From Lytechinus pictus (Eukaryota): a stretch of 60,000 nucleotides of DNA. Made by a program: the position numbers and the translations under genes. Below the pieces are notes generated by a model that saw only the letters and a list, made by a program, of their open reading frames with translations, searched no databases and had not been told where the DNA came from. Position 1 is the first letter of the stretch, and each line of letters opens with the position of its first letter. Shown in pieces: positions 25,401-39,363 of this stretch. Location of the stretch: contig NC_087251.1 in assembly GCF_037042905.1 (NCBI RefSeq), forward strand, positions 38,070,001 through 38,130,000, read 5' to 3'.

Positions 25401-25418
25401 AAGCATTTCTTTGTAATA
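25401..25418 (-). CDS. Candidate 18-nt micro-exon (YYKEML)
   Basis: ctacag acceptor, gtgagt donor, symmetric phase 0-0 inside a phase-0 intron. Confidence 0.42.
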
Positions 25419-25529
25419 CTGTAGATAGATTTACTGAATCTCTTAATGAGAGTGGATGAAGATTCAATTGTGAATTTGTGCTCAGTTTTTGTTTCTACTT
25501 CAGAGTTTTTATTGGTTTATTCCGCTCCC

Positions 25530-26118
25530 AAGGGGGGGGGGGGCACTTCCATTGAAGAGTGGATACCATGCGTGACCAAAAAAACACACGTAAAAATTAT
25601 CTCTTTTTCAAGATAGGGCACGTTACATGCATAAACGTAATAAGGGTGTCAAAAACACTGAAATAATGAAAAATGTGTATATATTTCGCCAGGAAAACTA
25701 TGTGTTTACGGTCCAATTGTGAGGACCCATATAAAATTACTAAAATACTTTTATTATAAAAGATGTACTTTTTGCCCCAACACTACATGTCTAGGGTCCG
25801 ATTTGAGCAAGGTGTGTGGGGTGGTACTAGAGTAAAGTAAAGCCGACGTTTGTGATCACATCCATGACATGACCAATGAAGATAACGTTGTACTTGTTTA
25901 GGGGGGTCAATTCAGGGAATTTTGTCAAGGGGTTTTGTTTCTAATATTTGTTAAGGATAGGGTTTCACATGCCAATACTTGAAAGGAGTGCATTTTCAAA
26001 CCATGGAAGACACTTGTTTAGGGTGCTTTTCAAAACATGGAAGACACTTGTTTAGGGTGCTTTTCAAAACATGGTCACCCATGGTATCCACTCATCAATG
26101 GAAGCCCCCCCCCCCCCC
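25530..26118. mobile_element. Non-autonomous DNA element with poly-G/poly-C tipped TIRs
   Basis: (G)n CACTTCCATTGAAGAGTGGATACCATGCGTGACC / GGTCACCCATGGTATCCACTCATCAATGGAAG (C)n; related fragment at ~22885-23125. Confidence 0.72.
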
Positions 26119-26622
26119 ACTAAGTATTGTATTTTATCTCTAATCAAATAGAAGATTTCACTCATTCTATCAGTGCCAATTCAAAACCATAACACATTTG
26201 ACAATTTTTTGTTGTTGATGGGTTTCCTTTTTTTTTTTTTTTTAAGTTACAACAAAATACACAAATTTAGATACTTGTACAAGGACCTTACAAAAATACC
26301 AGTGGGGCATACATGTAGGACTCCATTGAAAGCTTCATTTGTCCAATAGCTTGACTAATCCTTCTGTTAAAAAAAAAATAATTTTGAAGTAAAAATATTT
26401 CTGAAAACAAATGGATCAGTCAAGCTATTGGACAATACAATTTTTTAAAACCCTCTACCATTCAAATAGACCAGTTTTTAATGAAACTATTATAGTGTAT
26501 TACACTATACGTGCAACACACACACATTTTCAAGTGGTCTTAAACTTTTGCAAATGATGGTAGTGCAGTTGAATAATTTCTGTGCTCTATAAATCTATTA
26601 TTATAATTGATTTTACTTTTAC

Positions 26623-26733
26623 CTGTCTCAAATATCCCGGCTGTGTTCTGGGTTGATAAACAGATCCTCTCTGTTTGGCCAGGGGAGGAATCCTCTGCTG
26701 TTTGAATTTATTACTTGGAAGTCCATAGGGATC
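26623..26733 (-). CDS. Uncharacterised gene, coding exon (DPYGLPSNKFKQQRIPPL...PGYLRQ)
   Basis: atatag acceptor, CAG|gtaaaa donor, 111 nt, phase 0 to 0, open frame. Confidence 0.75.
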
Positions 26734-28585
26734 CTATATACATTGCATGATACGGAAAGGAAAATAAATCATTTTCAAATATATTATGACATTTGAATAT
26801 CATGAATTTACTCTGAGAATTTTTCTTCCACTGTTCTATATCATCTGAAAGGACTATAAAATTAGTGACATTAGTCCAATGTGTAGTCAATAAACGGTCC
26901 GTTAAAAAAAAAACATTGAGGCATGTATTACATTAAAGGAACTTAATCAGAGGTTATTCATAACCATTAAGAGTTCTACCCGTTTCCCCTCTAGCTCTCC
27001 TTTTATCTTACCTTATTAAGGCAAAAGGTATTTTTAAAATATATTTTGCATTCTCCCTAAATCTGCAACAATGGATAAGGTTTGCATTGCAGTGAATGGG
27101 GATTTTTTGGGGTTTTCTTTTTATATTTTCCAGGGATATTTTGAGCAACGTGTTTATTCATTATTAGCCCCCATGTGTATTTTCCCCTGCTGATTACATT
27201 ACATACCTTTATGACTTTATCCACAAGTTGTAATATCTTGACAAATTTATGAAACATCAGTTTCAAGAATTTTCCACGAATTAAAGAAAAAAAAAACACT
27301 TGAGAATTATCGTTGATGATATATTTATAAGGCATTTTTTTGATGATGTGTTATTATGTTTCAATTTCAATTAGTACAGTGTAAACTTGCATTTTGTATT
27401 TCTTTTGCTGAATAAAATCATAATAACAATGACTAGTGATATTGAGGTGAATATCACACATGTACATGTATATATTCAGACAAAAAGTTTCCAGACATAA
27501 CATCCCTCATCCTACTTTATTGATATAATTTTATCGAGATGTTTGTTTTCTTCATTATTATTTGTTTTTATTCCTCAAAATTCAATAAATGACAGATAAT
27601 CATTTGATTAATCTCCATTTTACATTTCTAAATGAAAAGTAACTAAATATTGTTATGAAAATAAGCTGATTTATATCAGGCAGCCAGATACAGATAAAGC
27701 ATGCAGGGTGCAGACACGCTGTTGAAGGTGTATTTGATATATAACCTTTGACCTCCGCTGGTGACATATCAGCTGATTGACAGCCATCCAGGGGGTAATA
27801 TCTTGGAGGGCATGCTGAGATTAGTTCGAATCTCAGGGGCTCCCTGGACCTGAATAATATATGTGTTGTTCGCTTGCTATCTTCCCTTTCCTTTCCTGCA
27901 TTTTGTACAGTCAAACACTTGACGAATATGCATTTCTGGTTGGGCTATGAAACAAGTAGGCCTCCCATGGCATGGGAATACAAGAGGCTATTTCAAAGTG
28001 AAACAGAATTTTGAAGAATATTTGCAGATAAGATGCCCTAGTAATCTCAATTATGTATGCCTAATCTGTTCTCTGATAAAATGTGGAACTTATATATCTC
28101 AACTTCACTTTCTTTCCTTTTTTCAATTGTCATGAAATTCTTTAAAACAATGATTTACATGTATCATAATGAGTTCACTGTGTCAAGTTCTTGGTGAATT
28201 GATTACCTAGTAAGGGCCAAGCTGAAAGTAACATACATGTAAAACCATTTCGTTGTGAATGTGGAATATGATCAAATTTAAATCAAATCAAACTGCATAA
28301 ATACAACATGAATGCACTCATAATATGTCAAGAATATATTCAATAAGACAGGTAAAGAAAAATATAGTCCGCCAAAGCAAAATATTTCAATAAAATAAAT
28401 TTTACTATTCAACAATATTTTTCTCGTTTTTTTAATTAGAGTAATTTGCAGTACATGTATGAGGGATCAGCCTAAATGGCTTATTGCAGATCTCCAATAT
28501 CCACTACTGGATATATCCCACTCTTTTTTCATTTCATCTTTAATTTGTGATTTTATATGAATTATATTTTTCTCTCTAAATTCCA

Positions 28586-28821
28586 AGGATTTAAAAAAAA
28601 TCCAGATTTGCTGTGAATAGTGACCAGCCGAACATTAGATTTAGATTTAAACCTTGTTGATTTAAATAAAAATGTAAAAGATTTGAATTTATTATCTTTT
28701 AAGATTTAAAAGTTGATCTTTAAGATTTTGATATTTAAAAGTTAATCTTTAAGATTTAAAATAAACTAAAAATTTGGCTGGTCACTATTCACAGCTGATC
28801 TGGATTTATTTCAAATCCTTT
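28586..28821. repeat. Foldback palindrome with internal TTTAAGATT repeats
   Basis: ATCCAGAT..GCTGTGAATAGTGACCAGCC inverted around an AT-rich tandem core. Confidence 0.7.
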
Positions 28822-28828
28822 TTTTTTA

Positions 28829-29715
28829 GGAACTACTCCTGGCTGAAAATAACAGTATAAAAAGAAAAAAATCACAGAGCAAAATGCTGAAAATTTCAAC
28901 AAAATTTTAAAACAAACTACCAAAGTTATTGAATCTTAAAGTTTAGCAATATTTTGTGAAAACAGTTAGATGCACATCATCATGAATATTCATTACAAGG
29001 ATTAATGATGTCACATCCCCACTTTCCCTTTTCTTATTACTTGTACATGAAATTATAATCATTTCATATTTTCATATATATGTAATAAAATAAGTTACAG
29101 CAATGAATATCTAAAATAAGCTGTCAATCCAATTATTTAAATTCTTGAAGGATAACATTTGAATAAATATGATTTCATACAATAAAATACATGTACCTGT
29201 ACAAAGAACAAGTGGGGACATGACATCATCAGTTTGATCATTGAATATTCATGAAGACATGTACAGAACTGTTTCACCGAAACAAAGCAAAGTATTTAAA
29301 ATGTCATAACTTTGTTATTCCTTATCCGATTTTGATAACATTTTCAGTGTTTTGTGTTTGTCTGATTTTTCTTTGTCTGTTCAAATCATATTATTTTCGA
29401 CCTGGAGTACCCTTTTAAATCAGTTGTCAATCATTCTAGGTGGACAAAATTTGAATGAAATATACATGTACATTTCATATAACAAAATACAAAAGAATAT
29501 GTGGGGATATGACATCATTCAGCTTTCTCATTGTATATTCATGAGGACATGCATAAATATTTTAACAAAATAAAGCAAAGCTACATGTATATACGTGTCA
29601 TAATTTTCTCATTCCTTAAATCCGATTTTGATGAAATTTTTGTTGTTTTGTTAGTCTCATTCGTCTTTATCTGTTCAAACTATATTATTTCCAGGCTCCA
29701 GCCTGTAGTATTCCT
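28829..29715. mobile_element. Diverged family A-related MITE followed by a partial duplicate of its right arm
   Basis: Shares gctgaaaatttca..aaagttat and tccgattttgat motifs; the right arm ends ~29414 and recurs at 29420-29715. Confidence 0.6.
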
Positions 29716-30102
29716 TTATGTTTTTTGTAAGAGATGTGAAATGAAGATTGAAAGATATACTTTATACAGCCATATGATTCCAATTTTACAATTGTTTGCA
29801 CAGTAAATTTTGTAAGACACCACATGGTTAACCCTAATTTAGCGCTTGGTTGCTATGCAATTATTTAGAAAGCCGTTGCTAGGGGCATAGATTAAGTGGT
29901 TTACAACTTGTAGAACTAACACTTTACCAAACAAAACAAGATCAGTATAGATTGGACAATGATACCATACAAGTCCTGATTAGGATGCACAATTGTGACT
30001 GAGTACAAAAATCAAAGGTATAGATAGTATTCAGTTCACAGATATTTTGGGTTTTTTTTCAATCCGTACAAACCACAAAGTATGTTTCAATTCATTTAAC
30101 AT

Positions 30103-30378
30103 TAATAATAATAATAGGCATTTGTATAACGCCATCTATCTAGAAACAATCTATTCCGAGGTGCATTCTTCTTAAATTACCCCAGCCTTTAGCATGAGGT
30201 ACCTTTCAGCGCTCGTGCATTAAAGGAATTAATCCTGCTGGGTACCCATTCTCCTCACCTGGGTCGAGTGCAGCACAGTGTGGATAAATTTCTTGCTGAA
30301 GGAAAACACGCCATGGCTAGGATTTGAACCCATGACCCTCTGTTTGAAAGGGGAGAGCCAGAACCACTAGACCATGTG
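30103..30378 (-). mobile_element. tRNA-derived SINE
   Basis: Same family as 13480-13765, (AAT)n tail at the left. Confidence 0.72.
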
Positions 30379-32206
30379 CCAAATATTTAAATGAGTTACT
30401 TTTTTCTTTGTTTATCTTGTGACTATTCTGGTTGATGGATCAACTTGGATGTACAGGTTACATACAAGTTTTGTATTCTTCCACACCACATGTCAATAGA
30501 ATTTATAACAGAAAAGATTATATAATAAACATAACAAATCTCACCCAATTCACAAATTTACATGTACAGGTATGTACATACATGGAACATCAATATTCTA
30601 TTCCTCTAATTTTCCAGATATTGCTCTGATTGTTTTTAAGTATAATTGTGCATTAAATGTAGTTTTTATTTTACTTTAATAGTAAAAAAATAGTGAAGAG
30701 GAACACTTTAATAATCTATCACTATCCTTTCATGTACTAACACCAGATAATTTTGTGAAGAAAATAATTATCAAAACACATTTTTATTGAAAATAACATG
30801 TATTCTACAAAGAGCAATGCCCTATGATCAATGTTCACTTCTCAGTACTTAGTTTTGTTTATCCTGTACTCTGAACTGAAAGAACAATTGGTAATGGCTT
30901 ATAGGTACATTCATGTTGTATTATTTTTTTATTTAAGGAAATGTAATTCAGATACATTTTCAAACAATTCAAAACAACAAAAACAATACCAAATACCCCA
31001 CATCAAAATAAAAATAAACCATACCCCCACAAACACACCCAGTACAGAAATATCCTCAAGAAAAAAATGTGCAAAATTGCAAATGTCTACAGAACTTCAG
31101 CAAATTCTTAAAAAGAGGAGGAAAAGGTGCTAAAAAATATATAATTTATAAAATAAATCTCAAAAGTAATTTCAATATGAAATCTCATCAGATAGACCAT
31201 ACACAGATTCATCTTTTATACATGGAAGATAAAATACAGTATTGTTCAATCAAAATGGTTATCAAAAAAGCTGTCAATAATCACCAACTTATCTTGCACA
31301 ATTCTTGCTCTTCGCACCAAACAAACATGATAAACAAATTAAATAGGTCTATGTACTTTGTCCCAATATAACAAGTTTGATAGTAAAGAGCTTTAGTTGA
31401 AGAGGCTTTAAAAGTTTACATGTATGTACTCTTTGTAGTTTGATACTGAAACAGGAGAGTTTGTATTTGGGTCAGTTTTTATCTATCCATCTTTACAGTT
31501 ATTTTAACTTAAATCCAAAAGTACTTACTTTCTTAATTTTTAAGATACATTGTAAAATTCAAGTTTTAAACATCTTTTTTCACAATGTATTTGCTTGAAT
31601 ATCAGCATAAAACCAAGGAGATAAAGTGCACAATGTTTACACCAGACACCATTGAATACACATTATGAAAGTGTGATCCCAAGAAAAGGGTGAAATTAAT
31701 AATATTCAGAGAAATAACTCATTCACAAGTGCCCAAATACCAAGAATTTTATCATTAGCTTTGTCAATCACTTACATTATGATTTGATTCTGGAATATAC
31801 TATTAAAAAAACAAAAGTGCTTGAAACCAATTTATTGAGCCCACTCTTATTATCTTATCATTCTAAAATATTGATTTTTTTTTAAAAAGACATTAATTGA
31901 ACTGAACTTTAAAAATCATAGTTAATACATGTAGAAGCTACACAAAATATTTAATATCCAATTCAAATATCAATAATGGTTAATTTGTCTAAAGTTCAAA
32001 GATTAAAAAGTTTCATGACTACCATGTGCGTTTTCGAAACTAATGTAAAATCATTTATTCTGAAATAGAATGAACTACCTATTGCAGATTGTGTATAAAA
32101 AGGAAAATTGAATTTTCACTATCATCATCATCATCTTTATTATCATTACTATTATCATTAATAATATCATTATCATAATCAACTTTAAAAAGAAAGAAGA
32201 ACTCAC

Positions 32207-32350
32207 CTGGGAGAGATAGACACCTGTCATATTTCTGGGCGATTCCCTGGGCTGATGATAGGGTCTCCTGACCGGCAACGCACTGTAGGTCAGCATGGTG
32301 CTAGAGCTTGCAGGAGGGAGGTCTGCTTTGGGTTCAACACTCTTCATCAT
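32207..32350 (-). CDS. Uncharacterised gene, first coding exon (MMKSVEPKADLPP...TGVYLSQ)
   Basis: gccATG context, CAG|gtgagt donor, phase 0. The exon probably extends 5' as UTR to the acceptor at 33015. Confidence 0.75.
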
Positions 32351-35300
32351 GGCAAATTGGCAATGCAGGGTTCAAGGCAGGTTTGAAAACCAACCAAAAG
32401 TCTGCTATCAATGATAGTCCAGGAGAAAATTTCAAAGAACAGAGACAGTTAGTTGTTGTAGACCATGCATCCTGAACTTGAAAGGCGTCCTTGTTGTTTT
32501 TGTTCAAAAGGCATCGTTTTCATATCCTCCAAGAGATAAAATATGTTGATTAAACTTAGAGAAATCCAATTTCAAAGACGCAACAGTCGATCATTCATGC
32601 TTGTTGCAGTGTCAAATCAAAACAGCTGATATTCAATCTTTGCCTTACACCTCTTCCTTTCCGCTGCAGCTCCCTTGGTGGATGAACTGAGCTGATTATC
32701 AATACCACGAGACAACTCGCGAGCGATGTCGATTCCTCTAAAGAAGATCTATGCCTCCGAGCATCTAATCTACATCAATGCACTGAAACTCCCTTTGTGC
32801 GTTCTTTTTTAATTTGTTTTTTCTCTTTCAGTATTCTCACTTCTTTTCCCCTTCAAGATGGTGCTCTGCTATTCAATACTTGTTTTATGCTTCAGGGTTG
32901 ATTGCTGCGGTTGCAGGGAATCTCAGAGATTGTATTTTGGTGTCATATTTACAAACAAATTTACAATTTTTTTCTTCCTCTTCTATCCGTACAATATCAT
33001 TGTGTATCCTGGGACCTGGATGAGAGAATGATAAGAGAAGACAGGAGAGGGATTGAAGTTGTTAACTATGTAGAGCCTTATAAAATACTGGTTAGATCTA
33101 ACTTACAATATAAAGTCAGCATGATTTCATATTCAATTCAATCTTTGTTTAAGATAAAAACGCCATACAAAGTAACATTAAAACATGAGTTGACACAAAA
33201 TCAATTGTGTGGCTTTTCATGAAGGCTATAAAAAAAAAAACCTGTGAGGCTGGATCGACAAAACATAGCAAACATAACGTTAATCAAAATAACATTATAA
33301 ATAATCCACAAAATCTCTAATCAGTAATAAATTGTTATCATGAACAAACAAAAAATTGAAAATCAATGCCGGATCATAATTCAAGATAAAATCTTTTTCT
33401 CCAGCAGAATTTTAGATCATTATCAATGAAAACAAATTGATCAATAACTTGTTCAATATGAATTTGTATGAATAATATCTGAAATCATCTCATATTGAGT
33501 GGTTAAACACCACACACATACAACTGATAATATCTATTATGATTGTTTTATGTACAGTTATTGAAAATAAGTTCCTCCTGAAAACCCCCCTCCAAAGATT
33601 ATTTGTATCAAACTTTATAGAAAAATATCCCGTGCAACCAAATTGTATTAAATTATTATTTTGGATTTTTATTTTGCTTTCCCAACAATAGTATTGAATG
33701 CAATGATCATTGTCACGAATTTACAAGATTGTGACAATCATCACATCAATCTTTCTCTGCTCATATGGGCATCAGTATTTATTTGGAAAGGATTATTTTC
33801 TGACCCCATACTTTGTTTAAAGCATTGAAAATGATACCTGTAACAGATAATTCTTTGGACAAGCTCTGCTTAGTGTCAGGCAAAAGTCATGACAGGGAAA
33901 AATAGATGAATTTTAAGGCAATTTACTAAGGCAAATGGTTTTTTGATTTCTCATGAAAACTGACACCCGTATGATTTTAAGTAGCATGTTTTCAACAAGT
34001 TTCCCTATTGTCATCCTATGTCAATATTGTTATTATTCATAACATTTCAAAGTGAATTCTAAAGATATTGGAAATTATTTTTATTTTCATTTTTTTTGCT
34101 TGCAAATTAAACAAAGCTTGTATCTCATATTTTCCTTCTCTCCCTCCCATCTTCCTTACTCCTTTCCTTGCACTTTAAAATGTTTCGTATAAAAATATTG
34201 TATTATCATTTTAATATATTATTTGCTCCATCCCAAGACAGGAAAAAGGGAGAGTACATTTTTTGAAACAAAGATCATATTTTTTTAGACCATCTACAAG
34301 TACATAACACAATTGATAATTAAAAAAATATATATATGTAACAGAGATGTATGTAAAATGTAATCAAAGTGCATTGATTGATAAGAGCTTATTTACAGTA
34401 CATTTAAATTTTGAAATCCTCAGGAAGACTAAATTTAACTGTACTCATATAATTTCCAGGGGGGGGGGGTCATTACGAGACAGATTGGGCAATTGCTTCC
34501 TGGTATTTACCCCCCCCCTTTCCTTACAATATTGATATGAAAGAAAATGAAAGCAAATCAAACAATTTAATTTCCCATTATCCAGGTTAGTCCGTACATG
34601 TATATCACAATGACCTTCGCTTCATAATCACTTTCAAACAACCTTGTAGTTCTAATCACTTTAGTGCAGAAGTAATCAACTGAAATGGAGTTCTATACAG
34701 GGCTCTGCTACACGAAGATTAGCGATTGTCGGGCTCACATTTACAATCGCCGTACACAATAACCATTGAAATTTACTGTAGAAATGAGTACCACGATCAA
34801 TCGCTAAGCCTCGTGTTACCGGGCCAAGATATAGTTCTGATGTCCTTCATGGCAGGGATAAAGTTTGCAAATTTATATAAAATAGACTTCTAGAACACAA
34901 GGTTTGAAGATAGACAGAGTGGGGGAGAAAGAAAGAAAGAGAGGGGAAGAGAAGAGGAAGGAAAGGGTAAAAGGGGAGGATGGATGTGATAGAGGTAGAA
35001 TAGGAGATAAAGTAAACGAAGCATACGTGTACATGATGTAGATAATTATGATTCTGAATTGGATACACACAAAGGGGTGTACATATATAGTAGCTGATGA
35101 AGAAAGATGGATCACTGAAAGATTCTCAACATTGGGTGTGAATGAAAAGTTAACATACTGTATTATCAGAGTCCTTGCAATATACATGTAACAGTGGCTG
35201 ATACCATGTTAAACACATTTTCAATAAATTACCTGCAAACACATTTTATTCATCCGTTAAAGTAAACAAAATAATTGTTTATGAAATGTGATATCTCATG

Positions 35301-35549
35301 AAATCTTATGAAAATTGATTTTAAAGCTAGCTAAAGAATTCTATTTGTTTATCATATATTTCACGAATATCCCCCATACAGCCCATCATAATTGGAAAGA
35401 CCCTTTAGTGCAAAGTGCTTTTGACTTTAATTCAAAGAAATCAATTTAACTTTTTAAATATATATCCCCCATGGCGCTTTCTTTCTCTCTTTATCCAAGT
35501 AATCTTGTCTTTTCATCTACCTTTGCTTTGGCCTGCTCTTATAAATTGA

Positions 35550-35798
35550 AGGTCAAGTTCACCCCAGACAAATGTTGATTTGAATCAATAGAGAAAAATA
35601 AAACAAGAATAAGGCTGAATATTTCATTAAAAATCGCATGTAAAATAAGAAAGTTATGACATTTTGAAGTTTCGTGAAATTTTAAAATGTCATAACTTTC
35701 CTATTTTACATTCGATTTTGATGAAACTTTCAGTGTTACGCTTGTTAGATTTGTCACTTTTCATTCATATCAACTTTTTGTTGGGGTGGACTTGGCCT
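35550..35798. mobile_element. Internally deleted family A MITE (~250 bp)
   Basis: Both termini retained, central ~350 bp missing. Confidence 0.8.
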
Positions 35799-36593
35799 TT
35801 AAAGAGGGGGAAAATCATAGATATCAATGTACGAAAAATTAATTTTAAAAATGCAAATCATATACATGTACTTTGCACTTCTGGATTGTCAAGTTTAGCA
35901 GCAGAGGAACTTCAGGAATCAGGTTACTTAGAATTAGATCTCTACCGAAGACAAAGTTCTGAAGTGAAACAAGCTACAAAGTGAAACAAGACTGAGACAG
36001 AAAGGACTGCACTTGCATTAAGCAAAGGACAGGCTATATAAAATCAAAAGTCCATGGCCAAGCCAAAAAAAAAAAAAAAATTGAAGAGAAAATAAAAATC
36101 TGTGATTTGTGAATGTGAAGAAAATACAAATCCAAACTAGAACCAGTCTAATGTTGTTATATTATAATGTAGCCTAACGACGCATAGAGTATCATAGACT
36201 CAAATTTCTACAATGGGATAAAATACTGGTCAAGAAATCTGGCATTATTCAGACAAAGTCTCCTTCCTTGAACTTGTCACTGGGCCTGGGCCGCAAGAGC
36301 CAAGAACGGTACACTCCACTTCTCCAACGGGCCCGTGCGTGGCAAGGGCGGCGCCGAGGTAGCGAGGTGCACCGGCCAGATGACACCTGCACCGAATGAG
36401 TTTCGAGGAAGGAGTCACACATTTCTATTAAAGTTTTAATCAAAACGATGTAGGCCTAAGTTAAATTACTTTTACGAAATATATGCTTCTCATAAACATA
36501 AGTCTATAATTTGCTTTTCATTTTATCATTACAACTAGTACAAATCCAATGCTAAAATTCAATAATAAAAAGTTTCAAAAGTTTGTTGCTTAC

Positions 36594-36800
36594 CCCATCG
36601 TCGAGTCGGAGAGAGAGCTAAGTCGGCCGTGTTTATGTGGTTTCTCACGTGTACAGTAATTGAGAAGATATATATGTAGAGGTCTATGCATAGCGCACTC
36701 ACTAGGGGTCGGAAATTAGGTGTGTTGTCAATGAAGCATGACGTCATAGCAACGCCAAGCTGCCTTTGGCACTTCGGCCGCTGAAGCGTGGCTTTGTAAA
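36594..36800 (-). promoter_or_regulatory. Probable promoter and first (non-coding) exon of the uncharacterised gene
   Basis: Local CpG enrichment (36280-36800), GG|gtaagc donor at 36594, E-box CACGTG at 36646-36651, palindromic CRE ATGACGTCAT at 36738-36747. Confidence 0.55.
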
Positions 36801-39179
36801 CAACTATTAATCAATATTCCAAATCAACAATTGAAAACATTTCTAACTCGGGCATAAGTTATTTTCCTCCGCTCTTTTCTTGGTATTACATAAAGAAATA
36901 AAAATGAAGGAGATTCAATCATATATGTATTGTATAAATATCTTAGTTAACATATTTCTTTATCTTTCTTTTTTATGTCACATCTGATGCATACATAGAC
37001 CCTTGGTATCCGGCTCAGGGGCCGGGACGCCGAACGCTTTGAAGGGGGGGGGGGGGGGGTGTTCCTGAGGATAACCATGCAAAAAATCACAATCACAGGT
37101 GTAAACAATTTTGGTAAACAAGTAAGCCCTAACACCCCCCCCCTTATTCCATGGGCCCCTGGGGATACTCCATAATGATAATCTACACCACTCTCCTACA
37201 AACATAGGTTCTACTCTGTTAATGATGCCATTTCCTTTGAATTCATTTTCTTGATACATGTATAAACGTTTATTCTTATAAATAGCCCCATTATCATAGT
37301 CTGGGTAGGGGTGCAAATAAGGCAGGGTAAAAAAAATTGTGTCCACTTATTCATCCCTATCCTTTGATGGTAAAACCTGAAGGTTTTGGAGTGTATCATA
37401 CCACTAAAAACAACCCCCCCCCTTTTTTTTTTTTGTTGTTGCTTTATTGCTACTCTCCCTTATATAGAAATGCCCCTTCTCTACAATGACCTATTACATA
37501 CCATGATGTAGGTAAAAATGCTAATTTTCACTTGCTGAGCCACTATGCTCACATCTATATAGGAGTACACCTTAGCTGAGAAATTGTATAGTATAATGTT
37601 TCGGTTGGGGGTGGTAAAATAAAGTTCATTGATAAAACTAGTCTTTTTTTCCTTTGCCCAATCTCTATATGCTCCCTACACAAGCACCCCTTTGGTGGAA
37701 TGTCTTATATTTTGTGTTGGGAATTTTAAATACTAAATTTCCCAGATATATACAATATTTTTTAGCTAAACCACTGCACTTCTTGCAGACAAGAGCCCCA
37801 TCACCTGAATATCATATTGTATATGTTTGTAATGCAAGATGTTAAGTTTCATTGGCATTCAGGTATTACCCGATCTCTTCGGTCAAAACTATCTACCCCC
37901 TCTCTACCTCTTCAACATATAATAATCCGCTTTTATGTATAGCACTTAATACATCGGAACAATGTCTCTAAGCGCTTTACAAATATATGACCACCCCCGG
38001 TCATTGGATCCTGACATGCCCACACACAATGCATGCACTTTCTCCACTCCCCCCAAAAAAACATCGCCAATGTACCCAACAATTTGAGTAAACACTTTAT
38101 ATTGATGCACAGATGTTATATTGAAATAGTATGTCAGAGGCAAGATTTGCAAAATTACAATATGAACATGTGAACTCAACTTGTCAAAACCTATGTAATG
38201 AGAAGAAGAGTTTCTCTTTCAGTTAAGTTAATATTGAAAATTTGTATTCTTAAACCAAATTTGCTAATGTAGAAAGAACCTTGCCCAGCGACTTATTGTT
38301 GTATCGATGCAGATAGCAACAGCTACATGTATGTCGAACAGAAACAGAACACAAGAAAACAGTGTTTTATGGCAGAACTTGTCTTCTTTTAATTAGAAAG
38401 AAATTTGATTAAAGCAATAATCTTGTATATACAACTGATTGAGATGACAGAACAATAATAGTTACTTTTTTCAGCTATTCACACATAAGATATATTCATA
38501 TATATATTTGTTAAGTAAATATCGACAAAGAAATGGATGGTTAAATTCATATGCCACAATCATGGTATTGCATTCTCATAACAATGAATGGTGTAAAATG
38601 CAATACAATTACAAAAGCAAAGAGCCACCCCCTATGGCCACATTGTATACACCTGTTACAAAAGTACTTGTAAGAGTTTGAAATTCATAATTATCTTCTC
38701 TTTTTTTTCAGATTTGACAAATCCTACTTTAGTTTTTGGACAAAGATGATGCAACATTGAGCGTTCTACAGCACTGTTTTGTTACTATTACTTATTTGAA
38801 TTGTGTTCACAGCTTATTATCTCTTTTTTTCATTTTTTCTTTCTTTTTTTAATTTTTACTAATCCTGAGATTAGGGTTTTTCTAGTAGGGTTTTTCTTTT
38901 TAATTAGCAAATGGTAGTCTTGGCCCAATAATATAAAGCTTAGCAATTGATCATGGGGACTATTTTTTTATTGATTATACACAATAATCAATCATGAAAA
39001 TGAGCCACACAATCAATCAATAAGATTTATGATACAGGTCCCTGGCTTTCAGAAAACTTGTTATAATAACAAATTTGCAATACATTAACAGTATAGAGCT
39101 ACAGAAATCATTCAATTTGATTGGCTGATGGTTAACTTTAACAGAAATATTTATCATTATAATAAGTCTTTAGAATTCC

Positions 39180-39363
39180 CAGGGGTGGGAGTGGTCACAA
39201 ATAAAAAGATCTGAAAAAATCTGAAGAGTGTTGAAAAAGTCTGAAATAGAAAGAGCTCCCATACTTTTTGTACAGAGGAAGGCCAAAAATAAGCTGAAAT
39301 TAAGCTGAAAATCAAAACAAAAAAATCTGAAATCAGATAAAAATCTGAACTCTCACACCCCTT
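39180..39363. mobile_element. Small CAGGGGTG-terminal MITE with CTGAAA subrepeats
   Basis: AATTCC flanks on both sides; inverted termini AGGGGTG / CACCCCT. Confidence 0.6.

Larger units (their letters stand above)
7739..32350 (-). other. Uncharacterised multi-exon protein-coding gene (~717 aa, mostly low-complexity, acidic C-terminal coiled coil)
   Basis: Twelve GT-AG exons (144+111+531+89+208+110+182+191+94+294+56+144 = 2154 nt) join with matching phases from gccATG at 32350 to TAA at 7739-7741 with no internal stop. Confidence 0.82.
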
